64,000 nucleotides of DNA, from the NCBI GenBank assembly GCA_012295275.1, contig CM022671.1, positions 19,468,001 through 19,532,000 on the forward strand, written 5' to 3'. The notes under the pieces were generated by a model. That model saw only the letters and a list, made by a program, of their open reading frames with translations. It was not told the origin of the DNA and made no database searches. The DNA is from Chrysomallon squamiferum. Lineage: Eukaryota; Animalia; Mollusca. This document shows, one piece after another, positions 42,956 to 55,350 of the stretch. The position numbers were made by a program, and so were the translations under genes. Numbering within the stretch: the stretch's first letter is position 1; every line of letters starts with the position of its first letter.

Positions 42956-45900
42956 CAAATAGATAGAGAGAAATATAGATAATATATACAAATATACACA
43001 AACATACACAAAATACATATACATATGCATATATACACACATACATTCAATCACATACATACATATCTGGTTCATACATACACAGAGACCGAGAGAGAGA
43101 GAGATATAAACAAAGTGACAGAGACAGATTACATGTAATGACGTATAAGGAAAGGAGATCGATGTAATATTTATATATGTTTAGATAGAATGCTCCCCAT
43201 CCTATAAATGATTCACAATTTTGTTATGTCCAGCTCTAGACTGTATATATTAAAGGGCAATGTTGTGTCTAAGAAAATGCACTTTTTTCCAAGATCTCAT
43301 GTTGTTAATCGATTAGTGTAGCCCATAAAGTGTCGTCATGTCGTCAGCTGGTTTTCTTTCTCAAACTTTTTCATTAAATAATTATACGTTTGATACCAGC
43401 CAAGTGCTAATTTAAAAGTCATTCATTCTTTCAATGAAATCTGCTGAGAGGGTCGTAATTAAATAATAAGTATCGCCGCTTTCACTGGTTTAATCATATA
43501 TATTTTTTTTTTGGCTTTATTGTTGTTTTCTCATTCCGATTTAATTCTGTTGCAATTAATTTTTTTCTCATCTTTTTTCCATCTTTTTTTCTAAAATGAT
43601 CCATCTATAGTTTGTATTAGAGGAAAAAGTATTCATTTTCAATTATTCTGATAATAAAAAAGAAACCTTCTGCTAGCTAAACCGATTTTCTTTCGACAAT
43701 AAATAGAATGAATGATTAATGTTTAATTAGACTTGACATTAAATCTAAATAAATGGGAAATCATATGATTTTTTATAATGTTAATTCTGAAACGCTCTTA
43801 AAAGATATGTTTTAGCACAGTTTTATCCAACAAATGCCTTTTATACATCAACTGGAGGCTTCTCTTTATCACTGGGGGTCAATGAGGAAGCTTTATTACG
43901 ATATATATTGTTCTTCAACAGAGTGGGCGTTACCCAAAGTTCTTGATTCAGTGTAATAGTGGTGGTAATATTAGCTGTAGCAGTAGTAATAGCAAGGTAT
44001 CGCTAGAAGTAGCAGCAGCAGCAGCAGTAGTAGTTGCTACTGCAGCAGTTATAGCAGTAGCAGTAGTAGTAATAGTAGTGGTAGTAATGCATTTTCTAGT
44101 CATACTTGTTTGAAAGTTAAAATAATCCGGTCATAGGAAAGTCAGTGAACAAAGCATGAATTACACAGATGATTCCAGACACGTACACAAAAAAAAAAAA
44201 AAGGTGGCATCTACACTAATCAAATTATCTCTGGCAGACACGTATTTATAGAAAACTTTGAGAGCCATTATCTCATTTTATCTGAGCTCAGTTTTCCCAG
44301 CCACTTAGGACATTAATGTCTTTTGCAATAACTTTTACAACTAAGAAATACTGACGGGTGCACAAATTGTTAAAAACATATTCAGTAAACAATGACAAAA
44401 GTCAATGATTAATTCATATTATTTCTGTATTGTTTGTGTTCGTTTAAGCTGTTATCTGGATAGGTTTCTTGTCTAATGTACTGTCCTGTAGTTCGTCTAC
44501 ATAAGCTAGGTCTTCCGAGTGGGTAACATAATAAACACGTTATCGGAGACTGTCGGTCAGCAGTTGGAAAGAATAGATTATTTCCAGAGAAGATCAAGAA
44601 ATGTTAACTATTGTTATTTTACGACGTGGCATCAATCAGTTTTTGGCCTTTTAACTTCTTTTATGATTGTTTTGTCTAAAGGAAAAGGACGGGACAAAAA
44701 ATATAATAAAATAAAAATAATAAAATAATAAAAATAAAATAAATAATAAAAATCAGAATAAAAATAAAAATAAAAATAAATAATAATAATAAAAATAAAA
44801 ATAAAAATAAAAATAAAAATAAAAATGATAATAATAATAAATTAAAGTAAAAGTAATAAGAAGAAAAGTATATATAATAATAGTGCCCGATTTCTAAAAT
44901 ACATTCTGCTGATAACGCAAGTTCTGAAACAGTATAAATTCCTCGATATCATTAAATCTTTATTCTTTTTATATTGAGTCAGGTTTAGCTTTACTAAGCT
45001 TCATGATATCTGAAACTATGCAAATTTAATCAAATGATAATATGAATATCACACTATCCACATTGACTTATTAATAGATTTCATTTCTTTGATACATCTT
45101 TCATGTTATATTATTATAACTCTTTTTAAGAAGATTTGTTCGTCCATGTTAGTGTATTCTTAATTTTGAATATTAAATTCTAAAAAATAAATCTAATGCA
45201 GCGCGTGTGTTATTTTAAACCATATCAGACTCTAGTTCAATACTGGTTCTTAAATACATCACAAATAATTGCAGCTTTGTGATATAAACATTTTTATATT
45301 CTGAAATGATCAAAATTTTGCAAGAAACTCTTCATTACACGAGTATCATGAAAACACATCAAAAGAATATATTTCTGATTCACCATATGAAAACTTTAAA
45401 AATTTAAATTTTTACAAACTTCAGTTTCTGATATAATTTGAATTCTACAAGATGACCTCAATTCCTTTTTAATAGAAGAGTATCCCGAAAAATATCCCAA
45501 CAATTTCCTGATGTTACGAATTTTATGTTTCCTAATTTTGTCAGTGAAGCGAAAACCTCCGGGTTATCTGATTTCAATGAATATAATGAGACCATTTCAG
45601 TACCCATGAGACTGTTCTGATTCATTGCTCAGTAGAAGAAATGAAATGCATGCGTCCATCCTAAATTAGACGTATACTGGGAATATTGTACGACACTGCT
45701 TGACAAGTGGTCATACAATTACAAGGACTTTAGGGAAATAAACTGATTAACATTCTTATACCGTCATGACTTAAAGTTATCAAAATGATTTCTTTGCTTG
45801 CATACATATAATTACAGGCTCTTCCTAAAAGCAATAACAGTATCATAACGTGTTGAAAACTAAATATGACACAGGTGATGCATTGTCGAAGCACTATTCC

Positions 45901-46016
45901 ATAAAGGACTATTCCTGATTAGTGTGTAAATAGAATTTTAACAGCTCCTGTTTAACACAAGTGGCTAACACTTTTCGTAATTGGAAATGTATCACGTTAA
46001 ATTATCTGGAACGCAA

Positions 46017-46042
46017 ACATCTCGCTAGGTGGTAACTCGTGA
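46017..46042 (+). promoter_or_regulatory. Candidate upstream element of exon B (TCTCGCTA at -175; CTCF-like TCGCTAGGTGGTAA)
   Basis: Shares the 8-mer with exon A. About 11/14 match to the CTCF core, read as CC(A/G)SYAGRKGGCRS. Confidence 0.35.
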
Positions 46043-46194
46043 TGTTCACAGTCTGAATCCCATGAACACGTGTTCGAATAATCTGAGGTCAGATGGTTCA
46101 GCAGTATCACCGACTTCATTATAATTGAAATCTAGAATTTCTGTTTTATTATTAATTTTAATTACTGTGAAGTGTAGATATAAAATACACCGTC

Positions 46195-46894
46195 ATGGCC
46201 ACACATATGCAACCATTTAATCCTGTTTCTGTACTATTTTTATGGATTATTGTTTGTATAAAAGGAGACAAAACTAAGGTATCTGTAGCGGTTCTTCTGC
46301 CATCGGGTAGTGAGTTTTTGTTTTCAGCTGAAATAGTTTCTCCTGCAATTGAAATAGCGTTTGAAAAAGTCAGAAGACCGGATGGAATTTTGCATAATAC
46401 AAATATCACACTGGAATATCGAGATTCGAAATGTTTACCTGGAATTGCCACAAATGAAGGGATCACTCTTTACATAGAAAACAAGTTTGATGTGATGCTT
46501 GGCCCTTGCTGTGACTACGCCGTGGCTCCTATTGCCAGACAGTTAAAATACTGGAATTTGCCGATTATTACGGCCGGAGCCATGGCTATGGATTTTATAT
46601 CCAAAAATTCAGAATTCCCTCTACTGACAAGGACTGGACCATCTATTAATTCCCTTGTTGAATATCTCATTGTGATGTTCAAAACTTTCAAGTGGCATAA
46701 AATAAAACTATTGTACAATCCAATGCAGCATACCGATGCTGGGGTAAGCTTTTGTCATATTGCTGTGGATGGTATGCACTACGGGTTAAGAGTGCAGACG
46801 CAGATAAAGAACTTTTTACCGGAATATTACAAATTCAGTAACGATTCCGAGATTCTAGACAGAATGAAGCAGGAAGTGGGTAATGAACATGCAG
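46195..46894 (+). CDS. Coding exon B, paralog of exon A: signal peptide plus N-terminal ANF_receptor domain
   Basis: gtcATGG start, hydrophobic VSVLFLWIIVCIKG, then VAVLLP, VSPAI, YRDSKC, MLGPCCDYAVAPIARQLKYW, TAGA, FPLLTRTGP, FKW, FCH. Ends at the strong donor GCAG|GTAAGC at 46894/46895, giving 700 nt (233 codons + 1, phase 1), the same homologous position as exon A. Confidence 0.93.
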
Positions 46895-47267
46895 GTAAGC
46901 TATTTACAGAAACATAAATATACAAAAACTATCCAAATATATTTTTGTAGTCAACATGATGGTTAGCTATTTAAAGAACCATAAATACACAACAGAGATT
47001 TTGCAAATACACTACTAATTTACTCATATTTACTCAAACTATCATTATACAAATAAACAACATTTTTCCAAATACACTACTGTTTTACAATCATGAAAAG
47101 TATCCAAGTATAATCTAATATAGAAGTTCACATAGCTACAGTTTTCTTTCCACTGTGTTAAGAGATTCGTAATATTTTGTGTACGTAATACCTAGCTTAG
47201 TTCTGAAGATGCCATGTGGGTTTTACCGGAAGATTTTACGACAGAATTTTGTTCGGAAAAAATCAAT

Positions 47268-47377
<110 letters not shown>

Positions 47378-47464
47378 TTACAAACATGTATCTATGTGTG
47401 TTTATATTTTAATTACTAAAAGTATCTCTAATAATATAAAATTAGAAACTTCTTCTTCTTCTTC

Positions 47465-47504
<40 letters not shown>

Positions 47505-49107
47505 GTTCTCAATGTTATTAGACCTCTAAATATTATTTGTCACGTCAAAGTAACGATACTGGCAGATGTGACAGCTGTTAGTATCCAGTATCCGGCATGA
47601 ACGATAAATCATAGTATTTGTGAGTCATCACCAGTTTGAAACAAAAATTTACACAATTTAAACAGACAGGGTAAACACTTTTGTATGACATTTTTACTGA
47701 TATGTTTTTCTGAGTGCACTACCAAATCTGAAAGTGTACTCTCCTCAGTTCCGGATCCCTTTCCCGATCCGTTTCCTGTTGGGAAACTGACATGGCGGAA
47801 CGTAATTGAAGCATAAATACTTCTCTTTTTTTCACAGAAAAACTATAATTTTTAGATTTTTCTGACCACTTAGTATCGCTAATGAGATGGGACAAAGCTG
47901 GACAAAATTGAAGGAGTTGTAAATATCGTTTTAAATAAATAATATGCTCTTTTATTTTAGTTCTATCCTGAGAAGTAGATTTTTACGTGTCATTAATTTG
48001 AAGAAATAATACAAATTATTTTTTTCGCTGTTTTAATAATACTGATGATTTAGAAGTGGTATTAGTTTCAGTAGTAGCAGTGGTAGAGTTCTGAAGAAAT
48101 TGCAATGGTGATTATAGTCAAAGAAGCAGCATTAGTAGCAACAGATGAAACCATAAGGTTTAGAAAGAGTAAAAGTAGTATTAGTATTAGTAGTAGTAGT
48201 AGTAGCAGCAGCAGCCGTAGTAGTAAGGAGCAATAGCAGTATTAATTATAGTGGTAGTAACAGCAATAGTAGTAGTAATATACAAGTTTTAATAGTAGTA
48301 ATAGTAGTTGTAGTTGTTATAGTTTTAGTAGGAGTATATAATTTTATTATTTAGGAATTCGTCTATTTAGCATTTATTTGTTGCATTTAATGGTGAAGTA
48401 TTTCATCGTGGAGAATACATGTACGCCGAAGTTATTTCTGTTAACTAATAACGCAGAATTACTAAATGAAATAGCCATTAAATTCGGTGTTGCCTATCTT
48501 TTTATCTCACCGACCCATTTAAAGATTCCACAAAAATCCGGAGGCTTCTAGTGAAAACATTGTTGTTATATATTTTTTAAATTTATTATATGAAGTGTTT
48601 TTGATTAATAATGATTATGGCACTGTATAAAGAGTATATATAAAAAAAGTTATAATAATAAAACGCTTACAGGCAAATACGTTTAAGGGTGGACTTAATG
48701 TTTTGTTTTGTTTTTTGTTTAATTTGGACTGATGATTTGTAAGCTTTAATCTTAAATCTCTTTTTTCTTCCAATTTCAGTATGATTCGCTGCTTAATTAG
48801 AAGTGCATTAGCACGGCTAAATCCAGCTTCATTTATATATGAAGTAGGGAATGGTAAAATAAAAGGTGGTTGTATATTTTGGGATATCTGGTATTAATTA
48901 TTTCATTTCTCCAGAATAATTTAGTAGTCTTATTTTTTACAGTACTTTTGCTTCGAGATCAAGAGACATGTCTATAAGTTCAACCATTTTTCTTTTTAAA
49001 CAATAAACAAATTGTTGGAAATTTTAAATATTTATTTATTTTTCAGGCTTTATTTTTTTTAATTTTTAATATTAAATTTCTCTAAACCTCCTAAAGACAA
49101 ATTTATC

Positions 49108-49200
49108 TCTCATCGACCCCCTAACCACCCTTTAGTTCCCGTCGACTCCCTAAGAGCAGCCATCGATTACTGTGGGTCGATACGGACAACTGTAGACAGT
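49108..49200. mobile_element. Possible DNA-transposon (hAT-like) subterminal fragment
   Basis: Cluster of related motifs: tcgacccc, gtcgactccc, gggtcgata. Confidence 0.25.
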
Positions 49201-50343
49201 TTGTTGCGTGCCATGTGTTAGAACAGTACCTAACAAGAGCGACCACTGCAACAGTCTAACTTCGTTCTATATGTTTTGTTATTTCTATCAGATGATCGGA
49301 GAAGTTCCTGTTAAATCAAGCTAAAGTTATACTCATTCGCATGACCAGCTACTGTTTCGAGGAACGAAGACACTCATATGCATTTTAAATTCTTCTGTTT
49401 CACTCATTTGTGTACTGTAACAAACTTCATGAAATAATATCTCGACTGTAAAAACACATTATCTCATAAACATTGCTTACGAAGTATTTATGGTTTCCCG
49501 ATAGTTATGTGCAGGCTTTTAGGAGAATAATTTAATTATAACATTGTGTACTAAAGTTAAAGCGGGGGTAACGGAACCGTTATCTAGCCACCGAGATGTA
49601 TTCGAAATCATACTTTTTACAGTTTACTGCCGAAAGAGTCCGAAAGACAGATTAATTAATAGACTATGACACTGAGCTCTATTGTAAATTTATTTTTTGT
49701 ATATATATATTTCATATATCAGAGTTTTATATCAAGAAGGCAATTTGTTGTCCTTCTTGCACGTTTCAGAAGACTGTTCATTAATAACGACAAAGCAATT
49801 TAGTTTTTTTTTTTTATGAAAACGGACAACAACGACGACAGCAGTTATTGATATTTTTAAGAATTCCTTCTAGTGCAGAAGCCATAAAATTGATGTTTGA
49901 AGCACTCATAGCATATTAGTTTGTTAATGTCTTTTTCCCTTACAGCAAACAGTTTTCTTCTGTTGCAACTTAATAATCTGATTGTAACATTGCTTTATGC
50001 CTGTTTTACTGGAGTGATAAACATTTCTTGGTGAAAGTTATTAAAATTTTACTTTAAAAAAAATAACAAATTACAACCTACTTATTATAGAAAATAAAAA
50101 CGAATGCATATATTGGTGTATGTAATCTGCATGGTTATGTGTGTGTGTGTGTGTAAGTGACAGATGAAAAATATATTGGTTAGGAATATATAAGATAATG
50201 TATATTTATGACAATGTATATGTGTCTGCTTCATGATATTTGTGCTGGTACGTATAATATTATATATATATATGTATGTGTTGGTGTATATGTAAGTGTA
50301 TGTATACACACACACATACGGACATATATATAAACATGTGTAA

Positions 50344-50401
<58 letters not shown>

Positions 50402-53357
50402 GTACGTACGTATGTATGTATAATAAAAAATAAGCTAAAATAAGCTTTTGCTCGACAAAACTCATCAGAAATGTATCAACATTAGATCCTGGTCAAGTCA
50501 TTAGAATGTGTTTACTGAGTCAACGTGTACAAACAAACATACTGTTATTCGTTAATTACTATATATAATTAATGTATAGCTGAAAGTAATTCTCATCATC
50601 ACTAATATTCATTACTTAATTACAAAGCTATTCTGGTGAAGGCCACATTTAAGAATTCATTAACTATGCTCTTTATGTCTGACCAATTAGTTCATACAGA
50701 ATAGAACCGACCATATTCAATATCATTATAAAACTATCAAATACCCAGAGAAAACCCATTAAATCTTTCACTGATAATAATACAATTATTTGCCTCAGAT
50801 AGCCAACTCTTTCATCTATATATAAAAACGTATATTTCAAGAAGGGTGTAGGGAATATAAACTGAAACTCTCAGGAATCGTCTTTTTTTTCTCGCTGGAA
50901 CTGAAAAACAAAAATAAAAGAAATAAAATATATATATGGCAAATAAATAATAATATTATACCATCATGCTAAATGGCATAAAAATAAATAAATAAATAAA
51001 TAAAGTAAAATGAATAATCAAATAAATACCATAATAAATAATAAACAAACAAACATATAAATCTAAAAGAGAATAATATCCATGTAATTCAGCATAACAG
51101 TTTAAGAAATCACTCAGCAGTAATATTTACAATACTAACGAAAGACAAAATAAATAAAACAAAATACTTTTTATGTAAACATGCAGTTACAAATATTATA
51201 CAAAACAGTTTCAGAAATCCTTTCAGAAACACAAATAATAGCATTAAATAAACACATAAATAAACAAACACTCAAACAAACAGTCAAACAAACAAACAAA
51301 TAAATACAGAAACAAAAAATCATGATTTACTGAATGGATTACTGAAACACGTTGTTGGATACTGGAAAATTTAAGAGACAATTCCTACAAACAAACAAAT
51401 ACTAGAAAAGAAAAACCAAATGGTAATTCCTTTAATGGACTGGAAAAATTTAATGGTAAGTAACTATTAGGTTGTTAGAAGATTAACCGAGGATTCCTTA
51501 CGCCAGTCTTTAAAAATTCCACCCAAGAGTGAAACTGGTGCCATTCCTGTATCTAAGAATCGTAATACCAATATCTTAAATACTGCGCACACGAAGCTTG
51601 TCTCCGCTTTCTACTGACCATAACAAACAAATAATTGCACTGCATCCGAACTCCAAGTGACATGAAATGATCATTCCTTTAATTGTCCTGACCATCTGAT
51701 GTGTGAAAACAACACTCAGTCTTTCAACAGCGACACGCAACTTTCCGCTTAAATTCTTCAAAAACATGATGAGTAAAGTTGGCAGGTTAATTCTGGCCTT
51801 TTCTTGTTGTCTGATAATAGGTGAAACGAGTCGAACTAATTTGTGCTGGCAAAACACAGTTAGGTCGATACTTCCCATTAACAATCTTTTCCACGCGTCT
51901 AAGACTGTGAGGCATTGTTCTAATTTTCACGGCTAATTTGAATTGAGTGTAATAAGAATTATTCCTTTTAAACTTGATCAGGACCCAAAGGATCAAGCAA
52001 GGTCACACTACCGTGGTAGAGAACAAGCTTATGCGTGAATGATCACAGATTCGATATTGCTCGTTGGATTTGTATTAGATTTAAATAAATGGAACTTATC
52101 CATTCCGCACCCAGTCATATGTATTATACTAAATTAAGCCATAACTTACGTTTCTAAACCATATCATAGCAAACGTGAAATGTATCAAATTACATAATGA
52201 CATGCCACGCCACTTCATAGCGTACACACAGGCACACCAAACGAATGCTATGCATGCAATATAGTGTCATATAATGTCATTCTATTCCATACCGTGCCGG
52301 ATCATGTCATTAAAGAATTTAATAATAAGAGAGAAAATGAAAAAAGAGTTATAAAATCAATGCGTACGTTTCTTGAGCAGTAAACAGATTATATTGAAGG
52401 AAACACTAACAGTAAACACAGAACATATGTGTATCATACTTTCACATAGCGTGTTAAATACATGTCTTATGAAGAAACAAATCGTTTCACATAGCGTTTT
52501 AAATACATGTCAGATTACTGAGTTTACGGGACTCGGTGTATATTTAAAATACCATAGATTATCATAATGTGTAATAGTGCTTTTTTCTTTCTTGGCTTTT
52601 TGTTTGTTAAGATTTTTTGTTTAATTTTGCATTCGCGAAATTAAACATAATCATCGAAGTTATGGAATGTATTCAAATAAACATTTCGTGGAGCACATAA
52701 CTTTTCGTGACTTAACCATAGAGAAATAAAGAAATACAATCGTTTAAAATGTCCTCTTTTAAATCAGAGAATTTTCTGTGTATTTCACGTAATTAAATGA
52801 TGTAACATTTTGGTACGACGGAAGAAATACTAGGAACAGAAATAACAAATTACTATGCCAGATTACAGAAACTACATGTGATCATGTTAATTAACATATC
52901 GTACTTTTGCTACTACGCAAACATTAAATTTTATTATTCTCATTGTTTTTAAACGAACAATACATTTTAAAAAGGTTTCTTTACTGCTTCTACTGCTTTG
53001 TACTGCAAACTCAGGCTAATCAGAATCAAACGCCGTTTACTGTGGGAAAATTATATTTTCATTTATACGTGATACTGTGATATACGACAACTAAAGCTGA
53101 CGCATAATGGTCTGAATGATTTTTATGAAAAAAGAGCGTTGTGCATTTTATGATTCAGATTTTATAGTCAGGTTCGTGACGTTTCCAGTACCTCAGAGAA
53201 CATTAAACTGTCACCTCTGTAATATACTTTGACTTTTCTTTCATTTGTAATGCGCAAAGCATTATTTAGATGATGGGTTAATCATATCGCGTGGTATATG
53301 TATAGGCTCAGGTTTAGACCCAGTAATATTTTGTTACCTTAATCGGGGTTGTCCAGC

Positions 53358-53382
53358 GATGTTGATGATGATGATGATGATG

Positions 53383-53433
<51 letters not shown>
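53358..53433. repeat. (GAT)n(TAT)n microsatellite
   Basis: Directly visible. Confidence 0.95.
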
Positions 53434-53714
53434 TTAAACTGGTGATTATCATTCATCATGTTCCACTTAAAGATTTTGCATTTTCTGTCTTTAAAGATAC
53501 AGTTTTAATTATTATCATTCGTCGAAAATTATCACCCGAAGTTTCACTTATTTTTTATAATAATACTCAAATCCGCTGACGTCGACGTTAAATATTTTTG
53601 ATAAGTAAATAACATTAAATGTAGATCAGAGTATTTACACGTCAGGTATCTGTTGAGGATTCCTGCCTTTTATAGATTAATCTGATGAACTCATATAGCT
53701 AATGATTATTCTTG

Positions 53715-53830
53715 ACACTGGTAAATGGGTGCTGTGAAAAATAGTCTACTTGGGTTCAGAAGAGAGGTTTGATCCATTCGCCCCACGTGCTTCATGGCAG
53801 TGTCCAACTACACTGAGATAAAGGCGGCTT
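53715..53830 (-). mobile_element. Degenerate tRNA-derived SINE head
   Basis: The reverse complement shows tatctcagtgtag (A-box-like), ggatcaaacc (B-box-like) and gactattttt. Confidence 0.35.
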
Positions 53831-54649
53831 CTCGATACTAGCTGAAATAAAATAAATTAACTGATGTCAAATGATACGTGCTGTTAACAAGTATCTAACG
53901 TGAGAAGATTTCCCTCAACACCTGAACATAGAAATGAGCTGGCAGTAACTTGCCACACTGTTACACGGAACACTTGAAATATCCCACACACAATTTTATT
54001 GACAGGCGCAGTTTTGTCTGTCGTTTGTAAGACACGACAATAAAAACATCGTTCAGTTCTTTGATACTGAATTATTACACGTTTCTTTGTTCTCAGTCAG
54101 AATGAAATAAATGATTGTTTTGATAACAGCACCAGAAGATGAAAGAAAACACGTCTTTGAAGAGGAAATGTAGAAATGCAAGTCAACCGAACACGTTTTC
54201 ATAATAAATTAATTTTATACGTTAAAGTGTTTATTTCTTCCCTGACTTCTCATTCTTCCAACCTTTGTAAATATTTCTTTTTATCTTTTCCGTATACTTA
54301 CTGATTATCATGTCTTTCTTGTAATATTCGACAGATTATCAGTACTTTATAATTTTACTGGGATTGTCTTTTTTGTTTTCCTTTTTTTTTCTCTTTTTTT
54401 TCACATTAATAAAGTAGAAAACTGTTTTGAGGAATTATTCGTCAATACAAAAGAAATACATACTTTTCTGTTTTGTTCACTAAGGAATTACTACAATCAA
54501 AGACGGACTTAAAAGAATAAAGTTTTCTGTTTTGTGTAATTTGTATCACTGCGTATATTAGGAATAATAAGCATGAAAAAAATAACACTTATAATTAAAA
54601 TAATGCCCACCTCAGAGATATATTTCAGTTTTTATATAGACTAATAAAT

Positions 54650-54653
<4 letters not shown>

Positions 54654-54730
<77 letters not shown>
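54654..54730. repeat. (AG)n microsatellite
   Basis: Directly visible. Confidence 0.98.
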
Positions 54731-54734
<4 letters not shown>

Positions 54735-55217
54735 CCACTAAATTATATTAACAATTCATTTAATACGTACAAATTGCTAGTTATCTAAAATTAACATTGC
54801 ACCTTTAATAACTGGTCCCATTCCGATATTTAATTCATCTCTTTATCTTATTCTGTTGTCTGTTCGACGTTAAGCGTTTGTTATTTTTGCAATTCAGTTT
54901 CATTAGCGGTAAGGAGTCTTTTGATAGACAAGAAAATATTTATTATGATTAAACACGTAGTGGGCGTACTTAAACAAATATCCATCGGCGAATTATCATG
55001 CCAGGCTTAAATTAATTAAAGAATGGACTATTTATAGGCTTCCCTCAAATTACACTACAAAATGAACAAATTAAAAGTCATAATCATTTCACAGTATAAA
55101 TTGTGTTTTAAGGGAAATAACTCTCGTTTCATAATTATTACTATAACTACTTGGGTTATCGTTCTTCGTTCATTATGACCAAAGATTCCCATCTGGTTGT
55201 TTTTGACATTATCTTCC

Positions 55218-55235
55218 TCATCATCATCATCATTA

Positions 55236-55279
<44 letters not shown>

Positions 55280-55289
55280 GTTATTGTTA

Positions 55290-55333
<44 letters not shown>

Positions 55334-55350
55334 GTTATTATTATTATTAT
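55218..55350. repeat. (CAT)n/(TAT)n microsatellite
   Basis: Directly visible; produces the poly-Ile ORF artefact. Confidence 0.95.

Noticed and set aside
46158-46718. Minus-strand ORFs of 102 aa and 67 aa overlapping exon B
   Set aside because: Antisense shadows of the real coding exon.
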